Notes: generated by a model from the sequence alone, not told the origin. A stretch of 54,652 nt of DNA from Patescibacteria group bacterium (GCA_021735685.1 JAIPGN010000005.1:1-54652), one strand, 5' to 3'; counted from the first letter of the stretch, positions 35,845 through 46,355 are shown. Made by a program: numbers and translations.

Positions 35845-37266
35845 ATGTTCCGAACTAAAATTAAAGAAACTTCAAAAAAGGCCAATCAAAAAGTTAAAAT
35901 TTGCGGTTGGGTCCAAAGAAGACGCAATTTGGGGAAAATTGTTTTTTTAACTTTGCGAGATCAATCCGGCTTAGTTCAAGTGGTAGCCGCGCCCCAAGAT
36001 CTTGATTCCGAGTCGCAAAAAACTTTAGAAAAGATTCGCCATGAATTCGTAATAAGCATAGAAGGACAAGTCAATCAAAGACCTCAAAGTCAAATTAATA
36101 AAGAAATGGAAACTGGATCTGTAGAGATTCTAGCCCAAAAGATTACTATTCTCAACGAATCTTTAACCCCTCCCTTTGAAATTGGCAATGAGGAAAAACA
36201 AGCCAAGGAAGAATTACGGCTTCAGTACAGATACCTAGACCTCCGCCAAGAAAGAATGAAAAAAAACATAATGGCCCGTTCTCAAGTAATTCATGCTATT
36301 AGGAATTTTTTAAATAAAAAAGGATTTACTGAAATTCAAACTCCTATTTTATCCAAATCTACTCCCGAAGGAGCTCGCGATTATTTAGTTCCTTCTCGAG
36401 TCCATTCCGGCAAATTTTTTGCCCTACCTCAAGCCCCCCAACAATACAAGCAAATGTTAATGATTGCTGGTATCGAAAAATATTTTCAAATTGCTCCTTG
36501 TTTTCGCGATGAAGACGCTCGCGCCGACCGTTCTCCCGGAGAATTTTATCAAATTGACATGGAAATGTCTTTTGTGGAGCAAGAAGAAATTCTTGACATA
36601 ACTGAAGAAATGTTTAAAAAAATTATCAGTCAGCTTTTCCCAGAGAAAAAAATTACCTCCTCTCCTTGGCCTCGTCTTGATTACGAAGAAGTAATAAAAA
36701 AATATAAAACCGACAAACCAGACCTAAGAAAAGACAAAGAAGATCCTCAGGAATTAGCCTTTGCCTGGATTTTAAATTTCCCCCTTTTGGTTCAACAAGA
36801 ACAGCAAAAGGAAAAATTTGTCGGAATAAAAAGCAAATGGGCTCCAAGTCACAATATGTTTACTCGGCCTCAAGAAAAAGATCTTTCTCTTTTAGATACT
36901 GACCCTGGTCAAGTTAAGTCTTATCAACACGACTTGGTTTTGAACGGAATAGAAGTGGGGGGAGGAGCTATGCGCATTCATCAAGCAAAGCTACAAGAAA
37001 AAATTTTCAAACTAATTGGATTAGAAGAAGAGCAGAAAAAAGAATTTTCTCACTTTCTCCGCGCTCTAAAATACGGAGCCCCTCCGCACGGAGGAATTGC
37101 TCCAGGATTAGACCGACTTTTATCTGTACTCTTGAATGAAAAAAATATACGAGAAACGATTGCCTTTCCTTTAACCTCAGACGCTCGCGACCCCTTAATG
37201 GATGCCCCTAGCAAAGTTGACCCCCAACAATTAAAAGAATTGGGTATTATAATCAAGAAAAAATAA
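35845..37266 (+). CDS. aspS: Aspartate--tRNA ligase, short form without the GAD insertion
   Basis: TPEGARDYLVPSR, LPQAPQQYKQ, CFRDED, YGAPPHGG. Confidence 0.95.
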   Translation: MFRTKIKETSKKANQKVKICGWVQRRRNLGKIVFLTLRDQSGLVQVVAAPQDLDSESQKTLEKIRHEFVISIEGQVNQRPQSQINKEMETGSVEILAQKITILNESLTPPFEIGNEEKQAKEELRLQYRYLDLRQERMKKNIMARSQVIHAIRNFLNKKGFTEIQTPILSKSTPEGARDYLVPSRVHSGKFFALPQAPQQYKQMLMIAGIEKYFQIAPCFRDEDARADRSPGEFYQIDMEMSFVEQEEILDITEEMFKKIISQLFPEKKITSSPWPRLDYEEVIKKYKTDKPDLRKDKEDPQELAFAWILNFPLLVQQEQQKEKFVGIKSKWAPSHNMFTRPQEKDLSLLDTDPGQVKSYQHDLVLNGIEVGGGAMRIHQAKLQEKIFKLIGLEEEQKKEFSHFLRALKYGAPPHGGIAPGLDRLLSVLLNEKNIRETIAFPLTSDARDPLMDAPSKVDPQQLKELGIIIKKK

Positions 37267-38162
37267 TGAAAATTCTAAAATTAGCTTTCCAAAATTTTTT
37301 TCGTAATTTTTGGTTATCTTTGACCAGCATCATTATTATTCTTTTAATGATTTTTGTTCTAACTTTTCTTTACAGCATCAATGCTTTGGGCAATCAAGCT
37401 CTGCAAAATATTTCCGATAAAATGGATTTAGGAATATATTTTAAAGAAAATATTAATCAAAACATTTTAAATGAAATGATAGCAGAATTAGAAAGTTGCC
37501 CCGAAGTTAAAGAAATTGAATATTTAAACTCAGCTGATTCTTTAATTAAATTCAAAGAAAGACATCAAGAAGATACCTTAATTCTAAAATCATTAGAAGA
37601 GCTTGGAGAAAACCCCTTAGGTTCATCCCTTTCTCTAAAATTAATAGATCCAACCAAGCATCAGACCACTCTAGCCATTGTCGGCCAAGAAAAATATCAA
37701 GAAATAATTCATAATCAAAATTTTTATGATTATCAAGAATTAATTGCTCTTTTTAATAATTTTAACAATAAAATATATCACCTGGGCTTGGTAGTTAGCG
37801 GAATCTTTCTCATTATCACCATTTTGGTCATTTTCACAGCCATTAAAATGGGAGCCATATCTCGTCAAAAGGAAATTAAAATTATGCGTTTAGTGGGAGC
37901 TTCTTCCTCTTTTATTCGCGCACCTTTTCTAATCGAAGGTTCTCTTTACGCTTTAACTGCCTGGCTCTTAAATCTGGCTTTAATTTGGCCTCTTTCTCTT
38001 TTTATTCAACCTCAAATTAATAATTTTTTGCAAATCGATTTTGATTTATTTTATTTCCTTCGTTTTCAAAGTCTACAATTCTGGATCATTCTTCTGATTT
38101 TCTCTATTTTAATATCCATGATGGCCAGCTTTTTAGCGGTTAATAAATATGCTCGCACCTAA
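37266..38162 (+). CDS. ftsX: FtsX-like permease
   Basis: 4-TM layout, EIKIMRLVGAS..IRAPFLIEG. Confidence 0.88.
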   Translation: MKILKLAFQNFFRNFWLSLTSIIIILLMIFVLTFLYSINALGNQALQNISDKMDLGIYFKENINQNILNEMIAELESCPEVKEIEYLNSADSLIKFKERHQEDTLILKSLEELGENPLGSSLSLKLIDPTKHQTTLAIVGQEKYQEIIHNQNFYDYQELIALFNNFNNKIYHLGLVVSGIFLIITILVIFTAIKMGAISRQKEIKIMRLVGASSSFIRAPFLIEGSLYALTAWLLNLALIWPLSLFIQPQINNFLQIDFDLFYFLRFQSLQFWIILLIFSILISMMASFLAVNKYART

Positions 38163-39180
38163 AATACTAAAATTAGAACAATTTGACTATTATCTTCCTC
38201 CAAATTTAATAGCTCAGAAACCAAGTAAGCCTCGAGATCATTCGAGGCTAATGATTTTAAACCGAGACAAAAAAACCATTAAACATGATTATTTTTACAA
38301 TCTTCCTCAATATCTTGACCCTGGTTCTTGCTTAGTGGCCAACAATTCAAAGGTGATTCCCGCCCGCTTAATAGGTGAAAAAGATTTGACTCAAGGAAAA
38401 ATTGAAATTCTTCTCCTAGAAGAAACAAAAAAATCTTGCTGGAAGATAATGCTTAAAGGAAAGGGCCACTCTGGCTTAAAAATTAATTTTAAAAATATTT
38501 TTTCCGGAATACTAGAAAAACAATTGAGCGAACAAACCTGGTTAATGCAATTTTCAAAAACTAAAAATTTCTTTTCAATAATAGAAAAAATTGGGCAAAC
38601 TCCCTTACCACCCTACATCAAAGAAAAGGCCAAGCCCCAAGAATATCAAACCATTTATGCTCAAAAACTCGGCTCAGCTGCGGCACCCACAGCCGGCTTT
38701 CACTTCACTTCTAATCTTATCCAAACCTTAAAACAAAAGAAAATAAAGCTTGAATTCATTACTCTCCATGTCGGCCTTGGCACTTTTCAACCCGTTAGAG
38801 TCACTAACATCAGGGAGCATCAAATGCATGCAGAATGGGGAGAAGTAGAAAAAAAAGTTACCCAAAATTTAAACCAAATTAAAAATCAAGGGCAAAAAAT
38901 AATTGCTATTGGCACCACTTCTTGTCGCGTATTAGAATCTTTTAGTAATTCTTCAAAAAAAATAAAAGCGCAAAGCAAAAAAATACAAACCTTCATCTAT
39001 CCCGGTTATAAATTCAAATTTATAGACGGCCTTATTACCAATTTCCATTTACCAAAATCTACTCTTTTGATGCTGGTCTCCGCTTTTGCCGGACGAAAAT
39101 TCATTCTTCAAGCCTATCAAGAAGCTATTCAAAAAAAATATCGCTTCTATTCTTTTGGAGACGCCATGCTCATCCTTTAA
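38149..39180 (+). CDS. queA: S-adenosylmethionine:tRNA ribosyltransferase-isomerase
   Basis: FDYYLP..IAQKP, PLPPYI, YQTIYA, AAPTAGFHF, NFHLPKSTL, FYSFGDAM. Confidence 0.97.
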   Translation: MLAPKILKLEQFDYYLPPNLIAQKPSKPRDHSRLMILNRDKKTIKHDYFYNLPQYLDPGSCLVANNSKVIPARLIGEKDLTQGKIEILLLEETKKSCWKIMLKGKGHSGLKINFKNIFSGILEKQLSEQTWLMQFSKTKNFFSIIEKIGQTPLPPYIKEKAKPQEYQTIYAQKLGSAAAPTAGFHFTSNLIQTLKQKKIKLEFITLHVGLGTFQPVRVTNIREHQMHAEWGEVEKKVTQNLNQIKNQGQKIIAIGTTSCRVLESFSNSSKKIKAQSKKIQTFIYPGYKFKFIDGLITNFHLPKSTLLMLVSAFAGRKFILQAYQEAIQKKYRFYSFGDAMLIL

Positions 39181-39230
39181 TTTTAAAATAATGGACAAAG
39201 GGTCTTTTTTGTGCTAAAGTGAAAATGTGG

Positions 39231-39303
39231 GGCCAGGTAGCCAAGTGGCTAAGGCGTCGGTCTGCAAAACCGATATACACGGGTTCGACTCCCGTCCTGG
39301 CCT
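39231..39303 (+). tRNA. tRNA-Cys (GCA)
   Basis: GGCCAGG/CCTGGCC acceptor, TCGGT-CT GCA AA-ACCGA, U discriminator. Confidence 0.93.
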
Positions 39304-39334
39304 TTTTTTAATCTCCAAGAAGAGGTATATTTTT

Positions 39335-40264
39335 ATGAAAAAATTTTACATTATTGACGCTTCAGCCATTTTACATCGATCTTGGCACGCCCTACCTCAC
39401 TTGAAAAATAATCGCGGAGAAACCATTAATGCTGTTTATGGATTCACCTCGGTCTTACTAAAAATATTAAACCAGGAAAAACCTCCTTTTCTCGCTATTG
39501 CTTTTGATACTAAAAGTCCCACTTTTCGCCACCAGGCCTACAAAGAATATAAAGCTAATCGCGTTACTCAACCTCCCGAATTCTATCAACAAATTCCTTG
39601 GGTTAAAAGAATACTAGACAGCCTAGAATTGAAATCCTTTGCCTGCCCTGGACTGGAAGCTGATGATTTAATTGGGGCCCTAGATGAAGCCAAAAAACAA
39701 TCTCCGCAAAACCTTAAATCCCACATTATTACTGGCGATCTAGACTTATTACAATTAGTGGAAGCCGAAACAGAGGTTTGTTTTCTACAACAAGGCTTAA
39801 AAGCTAATAAAATATACGATCCCTTTGAAGTTAAAAAAAGGTTTGGGGTAACACCTCAACAAATAACTGATTTCAAGTCTTTGGTAGGAGATACAGCTGA
39901 TAATATTAAAGGAGTAAAAAGTGTCGGCCCGAAAACGGCGGCTTTTTTAATTCAAAAATTCGAAAACATTGAGAACATCTATCAATGCTTATCAAAAAAT
40001 AAACAAAAGGAAGATAAAAATTTCCTCAAAGAATCTTTAAGAAAAAAACTTCTCGAAAATAAAGATCAAGTATTTCTCAATAAAAGACTAGTAACTATTC
40101 AAAAAAAAGCGCCAAACATCAATCCGCAAACCATCTTAGGATGTAAAGTAGAAAAACTAAATTTAGAAAAAGCTTTTCCTGTTTTAAAAGAGATAGGATT
40201 AAAAAAATTTAGCGAAAAAGTCAAGGAAATGAGTCAGGGACTAAAACAAAATAAACTATTTTAA
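39335..40264 (+). CDS. Stand-alone 5'-3' exonuclease (Pol I N-terminal-like)
   Basis: IIDAS, TFRH..YK.YKANR, EADD, GDLD, GDTADNIKGV..VGPKTA. Start moved to 39335 because the track ORF overlaps tRNA-Cys. Confidence 0.9.
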   Translation: MKKFYIIDASAILHRSWHALPHLKNNRGETINAVYGFTSVLLKILNQEKPPFLAIAFDTKSPTFRHQAYKEYKANRVTQPPEFYQQIPWVKRILDSLELKSFACPGLEADDLIGALDEAKKQSPQNLKSHIITGDLDLLQLVEAETEVCFLQQGLKANKIYDPFEVKKRFGVTPQQITDFKSLVGDTADNIKGVKSVGPKTAAFLIQKFENIENIYQCLSKNKQKEDKNFLKESLRKKLLENKDQVFLNKRLVTIQKKAPNINPQTILGCKVEKLNLEKAFPVLKEIGLKKFSEKVKEMSQGLKQNKLF

Positions 40265-40267
40265 AAA

Positions 40268-41260
40268 ATGATTATTTTTTTGTACGGCGGAGACGCTTAT
40301 CGCATTCAACAAAAATTAACCTTATTAAAAGAAAAATTTATCTCTGTTCGCTCCCAGAGTAAGCTTAATTTGTCCACTTTTGATCTCCCGAAATTAAATA
40401 TTAACGAATTGCGAGTCGCTCTTTTGAGTAAAGGACTGTTTTCAGAAAAAAGAATGACTATTCTGCACAACGCCCTCACTAAAAAAAGTAACGAATTATT
40501 TCGAAAAACTATCGCCCATTTAGTAGAGAACTATTCGCTACTCCAAAAAGATCAAAAAAACATCATTATTTTTCAAGAAGGAGAGATAAAATTAAAAGAT
40601 TTGGGAACAGAACAAAAAAAACTTTTCTCTCTATTAAAAAGAGAAAAGTTTTATCCAGAATTTCGGCCCTTAACCAAAGCTCAAGCCAAAAAATGGGCTC
40701 AGGACTATGCTGAAAAAAAGAAAATAAAAATAGAAAAAAGAGCCCTTGATTATATTGTTGATTCTCTAGGTAATGATCTTTGGGCGGTCAAAAACGAATT
40801 AGATAAAATTAAATGCTCCTTCAAGCCAACAACTAAAATCTCCTTAGAAAAAATAAAAACAACTATTAACACTCAACCAGAAGAAAATATTTGGAATTTA
40901 ATTGAAGCTTTTGGACAAAGAGACAAAAAACAAGCAAGCAAATTACTAATAGACCAAATTGAAGCGGGAATGGGCACTGATTATATGATTTCTATGCTCG
41001 CTTATCAATATCGCACTATCTTAAGGGTAAAATCTTATTTAGAAAGAAAAAAAAGGGAAAATTTTTCTTCTTCCCAAGCAATGGCCAAAGAATTAGGTCT
41101 CCATCCTTATGTTTTTCAAAAAGCCCTTAATCAACAAAAAAAATACGACCTTTCTGAGTTAAAGGACGTTTATCGAAACTTGTTAGAAATAGACATTTTA
41201 AAAAAAACTCGGCAAATTAATGCCGAAATTCTTCTTAATCTTTTGATTTTAAAAAATTAA
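40268..41260 (+). CDS. holA: DNA polymerase III delta subunit
   Basis: MIIFLYG.D, SKGLFSEKR, NELDK, LGLHPYVFQK. Confidence 0.88.
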   Translation: MIIFLYGGDAYRIQQKLTLLKEKFISVRSQSKLNLSTFDLPKLNINELRVALLSKGLFSEKRMTILHNALTKKSNELFRKTIAHLVENYSLLQKDQKNIIIFQEGEIKLKDLGTEQKKLFSLLKREKFYPEFRPLTKAQAKKWAQDYAEKKKIKIEKRALDYIVDSLGNDLWAVKNELDKIKCSFKPTTKISLEKIKTTINTQPEENIWNLIEAFGQRDKKQASKLLIDQIEAGMGTDYMISMLAYQYRTILRVKSYLERKKRENFSSSQAMAKELGLHPYVFQKALNQQKKYDLSELKDVYRNLLEIDILKKTRQINAEILLNLLILKN

Positions 41261-41520
41261 TTAAGCTTATTTACTTTTTTGAACAAACGAGACTTACTGC
41301 GACTAGCGGTATTTTTTTTAATAGCTCCCTTTTGAACAGCTTTATCTAAAGCTTTTTGCAATTTCAAATATAAGGACTGTGCTCCTTTTTTATCTTTAGC
41401 GTTAATTGCTTTTAAGAATTGTCGCCTCAGCCAATTAAGACCAGCTTTAACTTTGTTGTGACGAATTCTCTTTTTTTCGGATTGACGCAGCGCTTTCAAC
41501 GCTGATTTTTTAATCGGCAT
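41257..41520 (-). CDS. rpsT: 30S ribosomal protein S20
   Basis: MPIKKSALKALRQSEK..LDKAVQKGAIKKNTASRSKSRL. Confidence 0.95.
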   Translation of the reverse strand: MPIKKSALKALRQSEKKRIRHNKVKAGLNWLRRQFLKAINAKDKKGAQSLYLKLQKALDKAVQKGAIKKNTASRSKSRLFKKVNKLN

Positions 41521-41543
41521 AAGAAACTAAAATTACATTATTC

Positions 41544-41831
41544 TTAAAAAAGATCTTTTGAGTCTGTGTCTTCTTCTTCGTTAAAAATCTTCTCTTCTCG
41601 GGCAATCAAATCATCCCATTTATTGCCTCCTCCCACCAAGACATCCAAGCGAGACTTGAAATTATCATTAAATTCTTTAACCTTTTTTAAATCTTTACTA
41701 AAAATATTAAAAAGCTCTTCTAGGACACTTTCTGGTAAAATCGGCAAAAAAACCAACAAATCATTTTGATCGGTAGCGGAAATTGAAGAAGAAATAATGA
41801 CTTCTCTTAATTTTTGCAACACTTTTGACAT
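41544..41831 (-). CDS. Hypothetical acidic helical protein
   Basis: 95-aa ORF tightly packed with its neighbours. Confidence 0.65.
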   Translation of the reverse strand: MSKVLQKLREVIISSSISATDQNDLLVFLPILPESVLEELFNIFSKDLKKVKEFNDNFKSRLDVLVGGGNKWDDLIAREEKIFNEEEDTDSKDLF

Positions 41832-41840
41832 AAATTTATC

Positions 41841-42101
41841 TTAAAACCTTTCGGGATTCTCAACAATCATCCGACCCAATTTTTGACTGGCCCTAATGAT
41901 TCTAACCCGAGGATCTTGATCAGCAAACTTTTGCAACAATTCCTCTTCTTTTTGCTCTCCTTGAGAAACAGATTCCAAAGATAAAACCCCCTCTTGTTTT
42001 TTTTGTTGAATTTCTTTAACCAATAATTGCCCCTCTGAACTTAAAACATTTTCTTGGTTTTCGAATGGCGTTCCTCCTGATTCAAAGTTGTTGTAAATCA
42101 T
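41841..42101 (-). CDS. Hypothetical protein
   Basis: 86-aa ORF, co-oriented with rpsT. Confidence 0.55.
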   Translation of the reverse strand: MIYNNFESGGTPFENQENVLSSEGQLLVKEIQQKKQEGVLSLESVSQGEQKEEELLQKFADQDPRVRIIRASQKLGRMIVENPERF

Positions 42102-42200
42102 AACAATTATTATATTAAACCCATTTCTTGATTAGATAAAAATTATAATAACAAATTTTCTCTCTCTTGTCAAATCTAAAAAAACCTTTAAAATAAAACT

Positions 42201-42779
42201 ATGATTTCATCCATTGAAGGAACAGTTAGCCAAAAAAACAAAGAGTCAATTGAGATTAATGTCCAGGGACTAGGATATAAAGTTTTTGTTACCCAACCTT
42301 TGTTGAACAAGGTTAAAGTTGGCCAAAAAATGAAACTTTTAACAGAATTACGAATCAAGGATGAGGTCCCTAGCCTTTATGGATTTCTTTCTGACGCGGA
42401 AATGGAATATTTTCATTACTTAACATCTATTTCCGGCATTGGAGCTAAATCCGGCTTAAACATTCTTTCTCTAATTAGTCTTAAAAAATTACAATCAGCT
42501 ATTGCCAGCGAAAGGGCCGAAGTTTTAACTAAAGTTTCCGGCATTGGTAAAAAAACAGCAGAAAGAATTATTTTAGAATTAAAAGGTAAAATTAAAAAAA
42601 GTTGCTTTTCAGAAAAAGATATTCGCAACGACAATTTAGCCATTGATGCCTTGATCGGCATGGGTTATCCTGCCGAAGAAGCTCGTCGTGCTCTCCGAGA
42701 AATAAACATTGATCAAGCTTCCGACGAACTAACAGCTGAAGAAAAAATAAAAAAAGCTCTTCAATATTTATCTTCTTAA
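42201..42779 (+). CDS. ruvA: Holliday junction DNA-binding protein RuvA
   Basis: VQGLGY, LYGF, SGIGAKS, SGIGKKTAERIILELK. Confidence 0.95.
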   Translation: MISSIEGTVSQKNKESIEINVQGLGYKVFVTQPLLNKVKVGQKMKLLTELRIKDEVPSLYGFLSDAEMEYFHYLTSISGIGAKSGLNILSLISLKKLQSAIASERAEVLTKVSGIGKKTAERIILELKGKIKKSCFSEKDIRNDNLAIDALIGMGYPAEEARRALREINIDQASDELTAEEKIKKALQYLSS

Positions 42780-42798
42780 TTGTCCAATTATTAAATAA

Positions 42799-43188
42799 TT
42801 ATTTTTGAACTGACGGTTTCTTCTTTTTAGAAGCCGTAGTTTTTTTTGGAGTTGTTTTATTAGCAGACGATGACTTAATGCCAATAATTTTAATTTCGGT
42901 CTGTAACTGACGGTGCCCTTGTTTTTTGTGATAACGGGTCTTGGGCTTGTATTTTACAACCTCTATTTTTTTGCCTTTTTTTTGAGCTAAAATTTCCGCC
43001 TCTACCGATATTTTTAAAAAAGGAGAGCCGATTTCTACCTTTTCTTTGTCCAAATCAGCCCAAAGCAAAACCTCGGAAAAGGTAATTTTATCTTGAGGTT
43101 GACCTTCTAATTTTTCTATCAACAAAACATCTCCCTCTTTAACTAAATATTGTTTTCCGCCTGTCTTAATTACTGCTATTTTTTCCAT
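42799..43188 (-). CDS. rplU: 50S ribosomal protein L21
   Basis: AVIKTGGKQY.V, KKQGHRQ. Confidence 0.96.
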   Translation of the reverse strand: MEKIAVIKTGGKQYLVKEGDVLLIEKLEGQPQDKITFSEVLLWADLDKEKVEIGSPFLKISVEAEILAQKKGKKIEVVKYKPKTRYHKKQGHRQLQTEIKIIGIKSSSANKTTPKKTTASKKKKPSVQK

Positions 43189-43256
43189 ATTCTACGAATC
43201 TTAATTTAAATAAATATTCCTTTATTATAAAGAAAATTAAGAATTAAGCAAGTTTT

Positions 43257-45992
43257 CTAAAAACGTGAAGCTTTTTCCACTCTTAAGTTTCCTCCTTTCT
43301 CCAAAACTAGAGTATCTCGGCGCCCCACCTTTCCCTTAAGAAGGAAATCAGCGATAAGATTCTCTACTCGATCCTGAATAGCTCGTCGCAAAGGACGGGC
43401 CCCAAAAAGAGGATCAAAGCCAGCCTCAGCCAATTCCTGAATTGCCGCCTCGCTAGCACGGAAACCAATCCCCTTTTTTTCCAAGGTTTTCTCTAATTTT
43501 TTCAACATTAAGCTAGCAATTTGCTTAATCTCTTCCCTTTTTAAAGGTTTAAAAACAATCAAACCGTCAAAACGATTCAAAAATTCGGGACGAAAGGAAG
43601 TTCTTAATTTTTCTTTTAGTAAAATCTCACCAATCTCTTCAATGGAAAGACCCTTTTTTAAACTATCTTGAATGAAATTAGACCCCGCATTAGAAGTAGC
43701 AATCAAAATTATATTAGTGAAATCAATAGTTCTTCCCAGGGCATCTGTTAAGCGCCCATCCTCCATTACCTGCAAGAAAAGATTCAAAATATCTGGACTA
43801 GCTTTTTCAATTTCATCTAAAAGAAGGAGAGAGTAAGGATTATGGCGTACAGCCTCAGTTAAATATCCTCCCTTATTTTGACTAGCTGAGCCAAGAAGAC
43901 GTTCCACGCTGGCCGCACTCTGGTATTCACTCATGTCAATTCTAATCATTCTTTCCTCATCACCAAAATAAACTTCAGCCACTGTCTTCGCTAATTCGGT
44001 TTTACCGACACCCGTGGGCCCCAAAAACAATAAATTAGTAATTGGTCGTTTTTCGTTTCTTAGTTCTGTTCGGGCGCGTCGAAGAGCAGTAGCAACCGCT
44101 TTTACTGCTTCGGTTTGATCAATTAAACGTTGATGAATCCTTTCCTCTAGATCTAAAAGGTTAACTGTCTCCTCTTGCGTGAGCTTAGTAAGAGGAATCT
44201 TTACCTTTTGAGCAATTAATTTTGCTACATGCTCGGAACGGACAATGCTCTTTTTGCCTTCTGTCCTTTTAACCATAATCGCTACTTCTTTTAAAATATT
44301 AACCGCTTTTTCTGGGAAAAAACGGTCATGGACATAGCGTTCACTTAAATCAATAATCTTCTCTAGGGCTCGGTAAGAAAAATAAACCTTTTCTTCTGAC
44401 TCCACAAAGGCAGCATGAGCTTCTAAAATTTGAATATTAATATTTCTTTCTGGTTCTTCAATTTCAACTTTTTGCAAAGAATCTCCTAAAGATTGTCCTT
44501 CAATTAAACGATGATACTCCTTGGGAATAGAGGTGGCAATTAGAAGAAAAACTCTTGACTTTAGGGCGTTGGCTAAAATCTCTGAAGCGTCCATTTCTCC
44601 TTGAGTAGTTTTAACGCCAATCATGTTATGAATATCTTTAATAAAAAGAACAATATTGCCAGAGAGGGTGACTTCTTGAATAATGGCCTGTAAGCGAGCT
44701 TCTATTTCCCCCGATTGAGAAGCTCCGGCGATTAAACGAGCCAAGCTAAGACTAACTAACCTTTTGTCCTTTAAAATGGGCGGCACTTCTTCTGTGACCA
44801 TTAAACGAGCCAAACCTCCCACCAAAGTTGACTTACCCACTCCGGGCTGACCCACTAAGATAAGACTTTGTCGCTCTGTGCTAAAAATTCTAAAAATATC
44901 TTCTTTCTCTTCTTCGCGATCAACGCAAAATTGTAAATAATTGTTCCGCGCCAGTTGAGTTAAATCTTGGCTATAAGCATCAAGATTAGGAGTAGCAATT
45001 GCTGTATAAGCCTTGTTAATCGCCCCCTTGGGTTTAAAACGAGAACGTTGTGCAAAGAAACTTTGCCGAGACTGAAAATCTTTATAGAAATTCATCCATA
45101 AACAAACGTTCTTGATTTGATGAAAATCAATTTCAAAATCATAAAAAATTTCTCGGACCAAATCATCGTCCACAGAAAGAGCTTCCAGAATCTCCAAAGA
45201 AGAAATATTTTTTTTTCTTTTCTCGCCAGCCAAAATATAAGCAGACAGTAAAACTTTTTTAAGTCCCTTACTAGAAAAAATCGAAGAGCTTGATTTTTTT
45301 TCTTTAGAAATTTTTATTTTCTTTAAAGCTCGATCCACTACCTCCATTACCCTGCGATGATCTATTGCTAAACGAGCTAAAACTGACTTTACGTCAGAAT
45401 CTTTTAATGCGGCTCGGAAAAGGTGAATCGGATAAATAAAAGAATGGCCTTGTTGATGAGCTAAAGCCCAAGACTCTCGAACTAAAATTCTTGCCGGTCG
45501 GGACAAAGAAGAATAAACATTGATTTTGTATTTTTTTCCCATTTCTTGAGCCTCTTCAAAACTAGATATATCCTTGGTTCTAATAATTTTAGACTTAGGC
45601 CAAATTTTAATTTTTCTTTCTCGTCGAAAAGATCGCCAAAAATAGCCATAACAAAGCAAAAGCACCGCTCCCCAACAAACTAAATCCAGGTTATTAATTG
45701 GTAAAAAATCAAGTACAGCGACAGGAAAAACAGAAAAATTAAAAAAATCAGAAACAATCTTCAAGAAACAAGCTCCTCCCCAAATAAGAAAAACGAAAAA
45801 AACAATTTTAAAAATTATTCTTAAAAAAAACCTTCCCCGAGACTCTATTTTCTCGTGCGAGCTAAAAACTTTTCGAAAAAACAAAACATAACCACCAAAA
45901 AGAGAATAAATTCCCCTGCCTCGGCAAAATGAACACTTCTTATTATTTTGTCGGCTTTGGCCCTGACATTGAGGGCAAAAATAAAAACGCAT
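43257..45992 (-). CDS. ClpA/B-family AAA+ ATPase with N-terminal CxxC motifs and two TM helices
   Basis: Two AAA modules (GQPGVGKS; GPTGVGKT, RIDMSEY, LLDEIEK, FRPEFLNRFD, GARPLRR). Confidence 0.9.
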   Translation of the reverse strand: MRFYFCPQCQGQSRQNNKKCSFCRGRGIYSLFGGYVLFFRKVFSSHEKIESRGRFFLRIIFKIVFFVFLIWGGACFLKIVSDFFNFSVFPVAVLDFLPINNLDLVCWGAVLLLCYGYFWRSFRRERKIKIWPKSKIIRTKDISSFEEAQEMGKKYKINVYSSLSRPARILVRESWALAHQQGHSFIYPIHLFRAALKDSDVKSVLARLAIDHRRVMEVVDRALKKIKISKEKKSSSSIFSSKGLKKVLLSAYILAGEKRKKNISSLEILEALSVDDDLVREIFYDFEIDFHQIKNVCLWMNFYKDFQSRQSFFAQRSRFKPKGAINKAYTAIATPNLDAYSQDLTQLARNNYLQFCVDREEEKEDIFRIFSTERQSLILVGQPGVGKSTLVGGLARLMVTEEVPPILKDKRLVSLSLARLIAGASQSGEIEARLQAIIQEVTLSGNIVLFIKDIHNMIGVKTTQGEMDASEILANALKSRVFLLIATSIPKEYHRLIEGQSLGDSLQKVEIEEPERNINIQILEAHAAFVESEEKVYFSYRALEKIIDLSERYVHDRFFPEKAVNILKEVAIMVKRTEGKKSIVRSEHVAKLIAQKVKIPLTKLTQEETVNLLDLEERIHQRLIDQTEAVKAVATALRRARTELRNEKRPITNLLFLGPTGVGKTELAKTVAEVYFGDEERMIRIDMSEYQSAASVERLLGSASQNKGGYLTEAVRHNPYSLLLLDEIEKASPDILNLFLQVMEDGRLTDALGRTIDFTNIILIATSNAGSNFIQDSLKKGLSIEEIGEILLKEKLRTSFRPEFLNRFDGLIVFKPLKREEIKQIASLMLKKLEKTLEKKGIGFRASEAAIQELAEAGFDPLFGARPLRRAIQDRVENLIADFLLKGKVGRRDTLVLEKGGNLRVEKASRF

Positions 45993-45995
45993 ATT

Positions 45996-46355
45996 TTATA
46001 TTAATCTGATTACAATTTGCCAAGTGGCAATAATGGGCAAAAGGGTTAAACCCAAGAAAAGAAGCAAGAGGCTCAAAAAACCAATCAAAAACAAAAAAAT
46101 TCTCCAAAGAAGAAGAACCGTTCTCATAAAAAAACTAATCATTCTGCCTTGTCGAGAATAATCACCAAACATAGGCTTAAAATAATTAGTAAACATAATT
46201 TTAAGAGCTAATGCATTAGATAAAGCCTTAATTCGTTCCTTAAAAAAAAGAAACCTCTTCTTCAATCCTTTGGTGTACCACCAAATCGGAAAATAAAAAA
46301 TACTCAATAAAGTTTCAAAAAAAAATGATTTAACAATATTGAGTAACGCAAACAT
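45996..46355 (-). CDS. Hypothetical membrane protein
   Basis: Hydrophobic ORF between yidC and the Clp ATPase; 3-nt gap to the ATPase start. Confidence 0.7.
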   Translation of the reverse strand: MFALLNIVKSFFFETLLSIFYFPIWWYTKGLKKRFLFFKERIKALSNALALKIMFTNYFKPMFGDYSRQGRMISFFMRTVLLLWRIFLFLIGFLSLLLLFLGLTLLPIIATWQIVIRLI

